This document shows positions 38,770 to 52,154 of a stretch of 64,000 nucleotides of DNA, in pieces. The notes under the pieces are model-generated. The model worked only from the letters and a program-made list of their open reading frames with translations. It was not told the origin of the DNA and searched no databases. How positions within the stretch are numbered: position 1 is the first letter of the stretch; each line of letters starts with the position of its first letter. A program made the translations under genes and the position numbers. Source of the stretch: Octopus vulgaris (lineage: Eukaryota); contig OX597814.1 of the NCBI GenBank assembly GCA_951406725.2, positions 69,502,001 to 69,566,000 on the forward strand, read 5' to 3'.

Positions 38770-39045
38770 TACACATAGTTTGGCATTCTGTTAGTTACGC
38801 TGATGAGGGTTCCAGTTGATTCAATCAATGCCCTTAACATAGTTCTCAGAGATATTCAACATGACATAGAATGTAACAAGGCTGGCCCTTTGAAATATAG
38901 GTACTACACATTTTTGCCAGTTGATAAACTGGAGCAACAGGAAATAAAATGTCTTGCTCAAGGATATAACATACCACCAGGAATCAAATTCAGAATCTAA
39001 CAATCATGAACCAAATACTCTAACCACTAAGCCCCGCACTTTCAC
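38770..39045 (-). mobile_element. tRNA-derived SINE remnant; similar remnants at about 39600-39905 and 62765-62970
   Basis: Minus strand ggcttagtggttagagtatttgg...aattt head followed by the cttgagcaagaca core. Confidence 0.55.
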
Positions 39046-42000
39046 ACACATGGTTTATAAATGAAATAATCAAATGCAAGTACCTGGATACTCACATTTG
39101 ACCCTCTCCAAGTGTAACATTCTTGTGTGAGATTAATCAACATTTGAGTGAGTGTATAGTAACATTTAAAATCTTTTGGGATCTTTTGGATTTCTTTCAT
39201 ATCTTATAATTGTGACTGCATTCATTCTTGCTTAAATCTATTATGAATCACTTTTTCAATCCTATGTGCATATATGTATACATGTGCATATAAATATACA
39301 TGTATAATGTGTATATATAACATATATATGTATAATGTGTATATATAACATATATATGTGTGTGTGGCTGTGTGGATGGATGTGTGTGTGTGCATAACTT
39401 GTATTATATACTGTGTATATTATGTGTATATGTGAATGTATGTGTATATTTACGTACATGTGAATATGTATGAGAGAGAGAGAGAGGAGGGGTGCCTTTA
39501 AAACAATAACTAAAATATAATTGACAATTGACATCTTGAATTGTTGCTATCTTCAAACAGCTTTGTTGCAACTGATCATATAATACAATACAAACCATCT
39601 CAGAAATATATCACTGAATCAACCAAACTATCAGATGTTATTACACACTGCTGGTCACAGTGAGCTTTCCTGGCATTGTAGTAACTTTTGAATGATGCCA
39701 ACTCACTGGCTAGGTGAGCAGGTCACATTTCCCCTAGACAGAATGCCAATCATACACTGGGTTACCCATTAACATCTGAGTGGACTGGTGTAATATGAAA
39801 TGAAAATTTTTGCTCAAGGACACAATACATTTCTGGTCTGGGAATTAAAACCATGATCACAAGATCATGGGTTCCACATCCTAACCACTAGGTTACACAC
39901 ACCTTCACACATATACATGCATATATACTGTAAAATGTGTGTTCAGAGATGGCACAAAATTTTACAGGTAAAATGATAAACAAATGACAAATAACCCTTC
40001 ATTAGTCATTGATTGCATAGCACAGTAATGAAAACTTCCATTTATAGCATAGAACAAATAAAATACAAAAATTGAGCAAAGGCTGGAAAAATATGTATAA
40101 AAGGCTGGTAATGGAAAAAATACAAAACAAAATGATTTAAGACAAGTTGTGCTAAGAATTGAAAGTAAAGAAGTGAACATAGGAACAAAAGTTTCCTTAG
40201 CATAACACAAGTGCAATGCAGCAATAGCTAGTCAAAATTAGACAGTGTAGGTATCACTATTGATGAACTGATTACTAAGTAAACATATTTACATGAAAAA
40301 CTGCACTAAATTGAGCTACATAAGTCTTCTAGAAGATTCCATACTAAGGATCTTCTTACTGAGAATGTTGTTTACTCCTTCTCATTGGAGAACAATGTCT
40401 AAATTTTACCTAGTAGGTATTCTTATGCATGTAAATTTTGTTTTACTTTAAGAAATATTGGTAAAATTTTGCCCCCAAAAAATTATATCGTGCAATGAAT
40501 ATTGTTTTGTAGACCATTAATATCCAATGGGATAGGTTTTTTTCCCCAATTTTGAATCCAGTCAGATAATTTGTGGTAGTATTTACATATTTATTTTAGG
40601 TTTTTTTCTTCTCTCTCATCAAGTAAAGAATTTGCTCTAAGTTATAGCAATCTCATTTATGCTTTTAATGCTTAAGCAAGAAATCAGTTTTCCCATTTTG
40701 TTTGTTTTTTTAATCTAGGTCTACATGCAGTCCTGAGCAAGGAATGAGGTGGCCATGAGATGTGCTAGAAACAATAGCTATATATCCCTTAAATCACACA
40801 CTGTTTTGTTTGAAAATATTCTCATTTGTTTATAATTTTTTTTTTTACTAAAAAGGCTCCCCCAATCATTTTTAAGTGTGCAGTGCAAAAAAAAAAAGGC
40901 CAATATTGATCACGACATAAATTTTCAAAAATTTTTTCATAAAAAGGTTCCCCATTTGTCATTTCCAAGACAGAGAGGGAAAAAAATTGGAAAAATCCTT
41001 GTCAAAATGGAGAAAATCCAGCATATGTGGGCATCCTGATTAGAAACTCTGCCATTTACAGCCATTTTTAATAGTCCATTAAAATTGTATTGAAATGATA
41101 TCATGTCCCAAAATCTCAGGACTTATTTAGTTCTTTACCTATCACAAATGTGCCAAACCTCATGTCCATGTGGCTTGTACTTTTGGATTTAGCTATGTCT
41201 GAAAACACTGCAAAATTGACAGTTTGTTATATGCAACGGAATAAGCTTTACAAGAATATCTTTAAAAATTACCAAAAGAAAGTTTCATTTTCAAGAACCT
41301 GAAAAAAAAAGCTATTACTACCCCATGAACACTATTAATTTGTGTAATTTGAATATGATTATCAACTCAGTTCCAAAGATATGACATCACAAATATGGCT
41401 AATTATTCATTTAGGCCAATTAGGCAGAATTTTGGCCAATTCGCTGACCATTTAAAATGGTCATATTTTCTAAAATAGTCATGCAAAACTTCACAAGTGA
41501 GGTATCAAAATGTATCTTTTTGGATGCTCTTCACGAAAAAATACAGTAGAAATTACATTTAAATGCTTTCAAAAATTCATAGTGATACATATATAACAAT
41601 AGCAATATTGAGCACAGACCCAATGCAAAGTTAGCAACAGACAATGAACTGAACTGGTTGCTCAACACTCACTTCTCAATCATCTATGCTCTTCTCCAAA
41701 TAATATCGAAAAAAATACAATTTGTAAATGAGACAAATACTTTTAAGAACTTTAAGCAATACAGGTGAGAAGTTAGGCAAAATGTGTATGAAGATGCCTG
41801 GTGCTATGTAAAAAGCACCTTGGAAAGTGGTTTCCATTGGGAAGGGCATGTAGCCATAGAGACTATGCCAAAGCAGACAGTAGAGCTTGGTGCAGTCTTC
41901 TGACTTACCAGCCCCTGTCAAGCAGTCCAGCCTATACCATTATGGAAGGAGGATGTTAAATGATGAGGATGATGATAATGACGATGACAAATATGAAAGA

Positions 42001-42314
42001 CATGATACTGCATCATCTTACATAGATTTAATGTTTTCTACATCAGAATAGCCTACTAGTAGTAACACTTTTGCTCCAAACATTCTTGCTATTTTGTATC
42101 TGATAAAAGGCAGATTTTCTTAAATCACCTATGTGCAAGTGTGATACAATACTGTGTCTGTCTTTATTCATTAAATGTTTTGCCTGATTTCTCATCTGCA
42201 TTGCTTAAAAGTCTTCTTAAAATTATTAACATCATTTACACACTACAATGCTTCAAGCAAATTGCAGTATATTTTTTTAGTACACTTTGTAGTTTTCCTT
42301 TAAGTAAAACTTAC

Positions 42315-42577
42315 CTGAATAAGGCTTTGAGGTTTTCAGGTAGTTCAGTTCGTCCAGCATATCCTGGATTCATTGTAATGAAGATTCCAACAGAATGAGT
42401 AATTTTGATCTTTTCTCCCATGAAATTAAACTCTTTCTTCTTATCTTTGATGGCATCTTGGATAGTCTTGACTTGTACAGCTACGACTGACAAAACTTCC
42501 ACAGAGATCCGATTAAATTCATCAAAACAGCCCCATGCACCAGATTGTGCTAATCCTTTGTAGATATTTCCCACTGA
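42315..42577 (-). CDS. DNAH9/DNAH17-like: Dynein heavy chain exon C, AAA1 Walker B and sensor I
   Basis: tttag|[36 protein letters not shown]...[23 protein letters not shown](R)|gtaag. 263 nt. Confidence 0.97.
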
Positions 42578-42761
42578 CTAAAGAAAAGACATTTGTTTGT
42601 CAACAGAGTGCACTCAACAGAAGTTTTCAAATTAAATTCAAAAGCAAATTATTTGGCCTTAAAGAAGGTATATATTTGTTAATATTGTAGCATGCAGCCA
42701 TTCGAATAGTGGCGCCAATTTCTGACAGCTAGTAATATGACATAATGTCATATTGCTGAGG

Positions 42762-43073
42762 AAATATGATTGTCGTTTTCTCATTGGTTGAAATAACTAC
42801 TCATATAGGAATTCTGAAAATTAGTGAAAGAATATTTTTATGCAATTTCAATTCTTTAAAGTCAAGTTGAGCAGTAATAAACACCCTGGAGGGAGTGTCG
42901 TGGAGTTTAGTAACATCCCACAAACACTAAAGTTTTCCCCCAAATCCAGGGCTTTTATAACTGCTCGACTTGACTTTAAAGAATTGAAATTTCATAAAAA
43001 TATTCTTTCACTAATTTTCAGAATTCCTATATGAGCAGTTATTTCAACCAATGGGAAAATGATAATCATATTT
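42762..43073. mobile_element. Foldback/MITE-like element with roughly 129-bp inverted arms
   Basis: 42762-42890 is the near reverse complement of 42945-43073, for example cattggttgaaataact...ctttaaagtcaagt / acttgactttaaag...agttatttcaaccaatg. Confidence 0.88.
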
Positions 43074-44387
43074 ACTGACAAAGGAAGTCACCTACGGCAG
43101 ATGACAGGTAAAACATGATAGTAAGTATTAAGGTTAGGGATGTATTATTTTGCAATTCCACCTCATCATTTAACGGCTACTTTCCATGATGGTATGATTT
43201 AGATGGTTTGACAGGATCTGGCAAGTCATGTTGAAGTTCAGGGTTTACTTTAGTCTATCTTTTATGACTAGATGTTCTTCCTAATGCTAACCACTTTACA
43301 GAGTGTACTGGCTGCTTTTTCATGCCACCCCTTCTAGTGAGGTTGTTTAGTAACTTGCATGACAAAATAATAAAAACAAGAAAGAAAATAGGAAAAAGTA
43401 AAAACCTTTTTGATTAAATAGAGAGGCTAGAAATTGAGAGGGAGAGGAGGAGATGGTTCTGTGCCATGTGTTGAGAGGTTAAAATGTGATGGAGGGACAA
43501 ACCCAGATGTCTTGCTATAGTAGAGATACACAGTTACCCCACATTATATAAGGGTGGAAAGAAAGAAGAGAAAAATGGTGGTGGAATGCCATAGCATCTT
43601 AGGATACAAGAAGGCAGGTATAGATAGTGGATTGGAGTGTTAGAGATAGGGTCATAGGTGAGTGTAGCAAGAGATGAACAAGGGTAGTTGTGCAGTTGAT
43701 GGAAAATACCAGTATGGAGAGAGGTGAGGTGAGAGATATATCTTGGGAAGAAAAATAGGTAAGAAAGTAACTGAATGACGTACAAGGTGCAGGAGTAGTG
43801 GGGAGAGAGATATAGAGGTACATAAGGAAACTACAATAAGTGAGTTGTGATGGTAGATATGAAAAGACATTGTGAATGATAGTAATCGAAAAAAGAGTTA
43901 AGAATGGAGTATATTAAAAAAGAGAGAGAGAGAGAGAGAGAGCAGTGGCTGAAGGCACAGAAAGAAAGTGATTGGTAGAAATAGTGTGGCATGAGAAATG
44001 GAAGTGGTTCCAGGAGTAAGGAGGAAAGAAGGAAAGAGATTAATCAGAAGGAAGGGAAAGTAATATGTGCAGATTCTGCTTTCAGGTGATTACCACAGTA
44101 ATAAAGGAGAGATAAATGTAAAGGGATGAGAATTGGGAAAAATGCTTGAAGGGGCTGAGAGAAGGCAGGGCCCCATATGTACAAGTGTAACCTGGGTGAT
44201 TTAAGGATATTATTTTTGATGTGATGGATAGATCTTAAGCAGAGCAAATTACTAATCATCTTGGTCCTTTGTCAACTTCTCTGAAAGGCTCAGCATCTTG
44301 AGATCAGCTCTCACTACTTTGTTCCATGTTTTCCTGGGTCGCCCTCTTCCACAGATTTCATTCACTTTAATTGATCAGCACTTCATT

Positions 44388-47300
44388 TTTTATATCCTTG
44401 ACACACATTGGATATATAAATAAATGAAACGGAGGTTTCACGAGACTACCAAACACTCTCTACTCAACTACAACCAACTTCTACTCTTTATAAGAGTTCG
44501 GCTAGTCCATTCTTCCAGTCCCCCAAGGGTGTCAATGACTCACCACAATATCTTCCCCTTTGAGACTGACTTCCGTTGGAAATTAATATTATCATTTTTA
44601 TTTCTTTTTCTTTCATCACATCTCCCTTTTTAAGATTTTCCTCCTAGGGAAGTTAAATATTTCTTATGTTTAGGCACTACTTTCAACCATTCTATTTGTT
44701 TCCTCTTTCTTGCGCTGCTACAACTAGGTTTGATTTCTTGTGATGTTGGAACATTAAAGGTGTCATAGAACACTTCCATAGGTATCTCTTCTTTTTTCCA
44801 TATATTTTTTAGCTGGTTTAAATGCCTTTTGTGATCCCATTTTTCACCTCTTAACATATATGTCATTTTGCCTATTCTTTTTGTTACTACTTCATCTTTC
44901 CAACCTTGTCTTCTATTTTCATATATTTTGAACACCTTGTCACTGATATTAAAAAACTTTGTCATATTTTTAGTGTTTTCCCTATTTGCTTTTCTTACTG
45001 GAAGCTTGTCAAAACCCTCAAGAATTGACTAGCACATTTCTTGATTTCTTTAATGCTCTTTTAAATGTATCCACAAAACTTTCTGCTTGTCCATTAGATC
45101 TTGGGTGATACAGTGGAGTAGAAATATGTTCAATTGAGTACATCTTGCAAAAATTCTTAAATTCATTCGCTGTGAATTGTGTACTGATATTGGAGACTAT
45201 GGTTTCTGGGACACTACACCTAGTAAAAAGTTCATGTAGAAATTTGACTGTTACCGTGGATGTCAGTTTGCTACATTCACCCATTTCTGGCCACTTTGTA
45301 TAGCTATCTATCACTATTAGATAATATGATCGATTTAATGATTCTGTGAAGTCTATGTGTAGTCTGGACCATGGCATATCGGTCTTGGGCCAAGGCTGAA
45401 ATTTTATAGATGGTAATTTCACAGGATTTTACCAATTTCTTGATAACTAGATCCATTTTTGGCCAGTAAACGTAACTCCTCATAAGTGACTTCATCCTAG
45501 AAATTCCTGGATATCCAGTGTGGAATTCCTTTAACATTTGAGGTAGGCATTATGACCCTCTGTGCATACATAAGCAGATTACCACATACTAAATGCAAAT
45601 TTGAAACTGTATTACATTCAGCTACACATATTTTTGTATTTGTTTCTTCTGATCTCACTAATTTTTTATTTCTATAATAAATTTGTCCGTCTCTGCCTTA
45701 ATTTTTATTTCCTCCAATGTCACAGGCATTTCACGTACAACATTGCACAATATATTTTTATTTCATTTTCGGCTTTTAACTGCTATCACTGTGTCTTCTA
45801 GTGGTTCACTGTATTTTGGTATTAGTCTTGATAAATCATCTGCATGTCCCAATTTTTTCGATGGCAAATACTCCATCTTGAAGTCGTAATTCAGTAGGAT
45901 TGTTCCTGTTGGATACCCTTTTTTGATCCATAGATCGACAATAATGGGCAGTGGTCTGTCAGCAGACAGAACCTTTTTCCATGTATAAGTTTATGGAATT
46001 TTTTTACTGCAAATATGATAGCTAATGCCTCCTTTTCTATTTGAAAGTAACTTTTCTCAGTCGGCAATAATGAGTGCAAAGCATGAGCTACTGTTTCCAG
46101 GTTACCATCTTCATATTTGTGTAAAATCACAGCTCCAATACCATTTTCACTAACATCTGCTGCCACTACTATTTCTAAATTTGGGTCAAAATGTTATGAC
46201 AATTCCAACGTTAAGACGTTTTTTAAAATTAAAAACGTCTTCAAAAGCTTTTTGGCATTTGTTCAACCAGTTTCACTTAACATCTTTTTTTAACATGTTA
46301 TTCAGGAGTGCTCTTAAATTGTGCGTATTCGGTATGTATACGTGGTAGTAATTTGCAAGCCCCAAAAATGCTTGTAACATAATGTTTGTTGGCAGAGGCA
46401 TATGTTTACTGTACTTGCCCTAGACAGGTCTGGTCTGCATCCATTTTCATCAATTATCTGCCCTAGATATTTTATTCCCGGCATAAAAAATTCATGCTTT
46501 TTCTTGCTGAGCTTAAAACCATATTCTTTTATTCTTTCAAAGACCTTTTTAACATACTCAGCATGCTGACTTTGAGATTCACCTTTTATGAATATGTTGT
46601 CAAGGTAGGCATAATGCCCATAATTTGTTGGAAAATGTCAGGTGCTACCTTTATACTGAAGTGGGGTCAATTAAATTTATACAACCCTTTATGGGTATTT
46701 ATTGTCAATAATTTTGAACATTTCTCATCAACCTTCACCTGCAAATATGCTTCAGATAGGTCCAATTTTGAAATAAATTTTCTTCTTTTCAACTTTGTGA
46801 AAATTTCTTCCAGACTTGGCAATGGGTAATTATATGGCATCAAACATTTTTTTAATCCCATTGAGGAATCAGTGCATACTTGGATTTTATTATTTTTTGT
46901 CTTGACACAAACTGTTGGGGATGCCCATTTTGTGTCATCAATTTTTTCAATAATGCCAAGCTTTACAAGTCTATTCAATTCTTCATTGACTTGTTTCAAT
47001 GCTGCAAAAGGTGCTGCTCTTTTTGGTTTAAATACCAGTATCACATTTTCTTTCATTTTGAAACATCACTTCTGTTTTGGTGCAAAGACTCAATTTCTCA
47101 GAAAAAAACTTCAGGAAAAGTTTTTTTAAATTCTTAAATCCTCTGACGCCTTATTTGTACTGGCGGAAGAACCATTCACATTCTTACAAAAAATATTTAT
47201 GAGAAGGTCCCATAAGTTAAATAGTTCCATCCAGTCTGTTCCAAATAAATTTGTCATATTTTTCAACACAATTGGCTTTCAAGGTTTTTTCACAAAACCT

Positions 47301-48579
47301 AGCATCACTTATCATTTTGCCCATAAGATGCAATTTTTTTCCTGAAGCACCTCGAGCAAATTTTGAAGTTTCCTTTAATCTATTTTTCTCCATGTATCTG
47401 TATTAATTATCGTGATATCACTGCTTGTATCTAATTGTAACTTGATATTCACATTATTCATTTTTATGGACCCTTTTTTTGTTTTGCTATGCAATGTGAA
47501 CTTTTATGTCCAGTTTTTCTATAATGAAAACATTAACAATTTTTAAAGGACCATTACTTTCAAAATGTAAACCTCCACATCCATAGCATGGATTTGGTCT
47601 TGATGTTCGTTTTTCTTTTTTCTGATCTTGTTTCAAGTCGAGAGCAATCTTTTTCTTCAATTTTATCTGTGTCATGACTTAGATTTATAATCTCCTGGCA
47701 TTTTTCAGCCATTACCTGTCGAGTTAATTTTTGGTCCTGTTCTAATTTTGTTAATATATGGGAATGTATATTTTCTTGCTGTTAACTCTTGAACAAAAAT
47801 TAGACAGTTAAACAAATCTGGGGTCCATTCATTTGAATTTTTCACACTCTCTATCAATGACCCCAGCATAGGTTACGAAATCTTCATCATCACTTTTTAA
47901 ATAAATTTAAACATTGCCAATGAATATTGAATAGGGAACTTCTTTCACAGAAAATTCTTGATAATAATTGTTTCATTGAAACAAATCTCACCAGAATATA
48001 GTTACAGTATTTTTCATGTTCAGCAGGGGATAACTTTCTTAAAAGTAGTTGCACCTTCTTCTTGTCATTCTAATTTTTACATTCTTCCTTGAAGATTTCT
48101 TTGTATCTTCTAAAATATGCAGAAAAAGTAGTACCTTCTGGGTTATAAATAAATTCTCCAATTGAATTTGCTACACTATCTATCTGATGAGAATGAACCT
48201 GAAGTATTTTCAGACTCCTTCAACATTACTTCCAGTAAGTGTTGGGCATTTTGTTGTTGCTGTTGTAGTTGTTGTTGTAACTGTTGTTGTTGCTGTTGCA
48301 ACTGCACCATCCATGCAAGCCAACAAGTCTTCCATGTTAATGAATTTTTCTTTGGTTTCATACCAAAAAAAATTTAAACATCCAATGCAAGCTTTGAATA
48401 TTTTGTCGCCACTTTTATATCCTTGACACACATTGGATATATAAATAAATAAAGCGGTGGTTTAATCAATGTATTCACATGGTGTACTTCATGAGACTAG
48501 CAAACACACTCTATTCGACTACTACCAACCTCTACTCTTTATAAGAGTTCAGCTAGTCCATTCTTCCAATCCCCCAACA
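44388..48579 (-). mobile_element. Ty3/Gypsy (Mag-like) LTR retrotransposon with both LTRs, decayed, inserted in an RTE remnant
   Basis: LTR copies tttatatccttgacacacattggatatataaataaat...gtccattcttcca at about 44388-44525 and 48413-48579. PBS-like GTGGCGAC at 48405-48412, purine tract before the 3' LTR, poly-Q gag, CYGCGGLH, RT, RNase H and integrase motifs. Confidence 0.92.
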
Positions 48580-49019
48580 TTTTTATACAGCTGTCCTCTT
48601 CCATATGCATCACATGACCAAATGAGTGCAGTCCTCTTTTTTGCACACTACATCTGATTCCTCTTATGCCTAACTCGTTTCTTAGTACATTAGCACATTG
48701 ACATTGGAATCCAATGCATCATACTAGCATTAAAATGAAAATGATAATAAATAAGCATACATACACACACGCACACACATACACATAATTTAATATGAGA
48801 AATTATTTCTAGCCTTGCTCTCAAATAATTTCAAAGTTAACAACTGAGGGATTGTGATCTTGGGCAAAGTTTGTCTACTTTAGATTCAGTGCATTTGGTA
48901 CCATGTATGTTCTCTTAGTAAGACTGATCTTAACAGAGATTAAAAGAGACACTACTAGGTCTATTCTGAGAATCTCCAGTTGTCTGACTAATATGTCAGG
49001 AAATTATTTTAGAGTAATG

Positions 49020-50110
49020 ATGGAAATAGTGTTATGAAAAAGATATAATAAATAAAATATTTAGCAATTAATAATGTGTTATTCTATCTATCTAGGAAGG
49101 ATATTATCCATTTAATGAAAAACCTCGGACTTAGTAGAACTATAGATACCAACCTGACAGTTGTCAATTTCCTAGATGTTTCCTTAGATCTAAATAAGAA
49201 CATTTATAAGCCTTATAGGAAGTCCAATGGTAAACTTAGTTATATTAATGTAGGTTCATGCCATCTCCCTATAGTATTTAAAAATTTAGTTCAAAACATT
49301 AGGAAGAGAATTTCTAGCCTCTCCTCCGATAAGGACATTTTTAATAGTGTTGCCCCAGTATATAATAAGGCTCTAAAAGATAGTGGTTTTAGCAAAAAAA
49401 TAACCTATACACCTGTTACTAGCCCAACAATAAAGAAGAGGAGAAATAGAAATAGGAAGATCATCTGCTTCACACCTCCCTACTCACCCGAGGTGACCTT
49501 CAATATAGGTAAATATTTCTTAGCACTGATAGATAGACATTTTCCAGTTAACCATACTTACAGGAAGCTCTTCAATAAACACAACTTAAAAATTAGTTTC
49601 AGCTCAACTACCAATTTTAAAAACATAATCGCACACAACACACAAAAACCAAAATAGGAAAACAGCTGTTCAAGCAGGAATAAAAAAATTGTGCCCACTA
49701 AATGGAGCTTGCATGTCCAAGACCATCAATTATGAAGCTACCGTGGACTCTATACCCACTAAAGACACCGTTTCGATGAAGAAATACGTGGGCCTTACAG
49801 TGGGTAATTTCAAGGTCAGGTTCAATAACCACACCTTGAGTTTTAGACACTGAGACAAAAGGAAAGCGACAAAATTATCCAATCATATATGGTCATTAAA
49901 AGATAAAGGTGTCAGTTACAACATCCATTGGAAGATTTTAGCTGAATGTAAACCCTACACCAATGGTGGCGGAAAGTGCAATCTATGCGACATGGAAAGA
50001 TGGCTTATCTGGAAAAGCAGCTTAGACCCTGCTACATGTCTAAACTCAAGGACAGAACTTTTCGGATGATGCCCACACGTAACCAAATTTTTGTTACGTT
50101 TTTGGTCCCG
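49020..50110 (+). mobile_element. PLE remnant: RT thumb, linker and GIY-YIG
   Basis: VNFLDVSLDL, YKPYRK, SYINVGSCHLP, FTPPYS, CPLNGAC, KYVGLT..FKVRFNNH, LSNHIWSLK, KCNLC. Confidence 0.85.
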
Positions 50111-50709
50111 CCAATACTACAGATAGAACTTGCTTTCTATATTATGTCCACGCACAAATTTTTAACATTATACCTTTTACTCTTATTTTTTCATATATTT
50201 TTATATATAGAGATTTTCGTTTATAGATATATTATTTTTTTACACATAATAATTTTTTCTGTACTCTACCTTCCACCTTGCATTTTTCCTTGTGCCTATA
50301 TAGACGTTTATATGGATTCATTTCTACACTTGTGTGGTTGTGTACAAGTGTGCGGGTATGTATGTATATAGATGTGTGCGGGTGTGTGGGCATAAGAGTA
50401 CATATATGTATAGACGTTTTTACTCAGTATTTTTACTTGGGGGGGGGCGTATGTATAATCCTTTTTGTGCATGCGTGTGTGTGTATGCGTATATAGATGT
50501 GTGCAGGTATGTATATATATATGGGCATGTGTGTGCATGCGTGCATATATGAACTTGGTTTACTCTTTGTATACTTCCTTATGCCTTTTTTCTGTATTGT
50601 TACCCTTAATCCTGTTGTTCTTTGTGCTTGTGCGGATGTAGACGTATGAACTTTTATGCTGCATGTGTGTGTGTGTGGGGGGGGGTTCTATATATATGCA
50701 TATATATTT

Positions 50710-51620
50710 GGCGAAAGATGCAAGTTAATTCCCAGGCTAAATATATCTGCCTCCTAGCTTCCCTTCTGGCTATCTGAGGAAATTCCCTGCTACCCTCACA
50801 CTTCCAGTCCTTCCAAGCTTGTTTCTTTGTTTGCAGCATCATTCTATCACCATGCCACTCTCAGTCTGGATGGGACTTTGCACCAGTGGAAGATTTAGTC
50901 TGTGGCACTCAGCCAGCTGTTCTGTAGGAATTCCCAGTTGTACCTCTATGTTACAAATCTGTAGTTCCTCCTCCTTCTTTTCAAATTTCTTAATTAGGAT
51001 GTCCCTAAATCTCTGACCATACAGAGGATCTTTAAGCTTCCAGATCCTTGTTTTCCAGATTGGTCTTCTTGGCACCCTTTTGGCCTGAAGTCTAAAGTCA
51101 TTAATGACTAGTTTATGCTGGGGGGTACATTCTTCACCAGGGAAGGTCTTTGCATTTATGTATCTCACTGTCTGGTGAGAATGTAATTAATCTTACTAGC
51201 ATGGTCACACAACTGATAAGTTATTAGGTAGCTGTCTAGCTTTCTGATATTGGTATTGCAAATCAATAAGTTATTTACATCACAGATCTCCAGTAGTCTT
51301 GTTCCTTCTTTCAAAAACCAATTCCATGGCCCCCATGTACACAATTGAAGATACCTAGCTGCTGTTCAACATGTTCATTGAAATCACCATCCACAAAGAT
51401 GAGATCATTGTTATTCGTCTTTGAGGTAGCCTGCTGAAAGATATCATAGAAGCAGTCCTTTTGTTCATTTGGTAGACCCACTTGAGGGGCAAAGGTAGAG
51501 ATAATTGTTGCTGTACTACTCTGCAAAACAAACCTGAGCTTAAGAACTCTATCACATACTCTGGCTACCTTAGGAAAGCCATCAAACTGGTTGATATGTG
51601 ATTTACAGGGCACTGAAATT
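50710..51620 (-). mobile_element. RTE LINE endonuclease-region remnant
   Basis: STFAPQVGL, DGDFNEHV, HGGHGIG, PGEECTPQHKLVINDF, WKLKDP. Confidence 0.75.
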
Positions 51621-52154
51621 CCAGTCTCTATAAGAAAATAGAAAGGATTGCAGTTTTGTAGAAATTAATTATTTATTGTTTCTAATGAGATTCTTTGTTC
51701 ATCACACATTTGCAACTTTGGCTCTACAGATGACTGTTTCATTGTCAAGTGGGGTAATTGAGCCCACGTACTCCCCAAATATTTGAAGATCTTTATATAT
51801 TTTAAGTTTTTGTCAATAGTGGTGATAGGAGTGGTAGTGAATTGATGAACTGGTTGTTGTTTTATACCTGTTTTTGTTCGGGGATGGTGCTTTGACTGAT
51901 GAATGACTTTGATTGTTTTAATGCTGGTGGTGAAACTGAAAGCTTTACTCAAATTAGGAAAATGATTCCCAAGCTCTTGTGCTTCTTCAATAAATGTTGC
52001 AACAAGTACATCGTCATCAGAAAACAGTTATGTATCACTTCCACTCAAGTATTTTTTGCTTTGAAAGTGCTTGTGATTCAAAAGGCTATCACTGGTATGG
52101 AATTGGAATTATACATGTAAATGGAAATCATCATAAGCATACACATATGTTTAG

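Noticed and set aside
40810-41590. A/T-run-rich segment resembling a non-autonomous DNA transposon
   Set aside because: No TIR pair or TSD could be identified.
48176-48361. Poly-Q ORF as a host gene (also the poly-T/Q ORF at 26703-27068)
   Set aside because: It is the N-terminus of Gypsy gag, directly downstream of the LTR/PBS and shared by both Gypsy copies.
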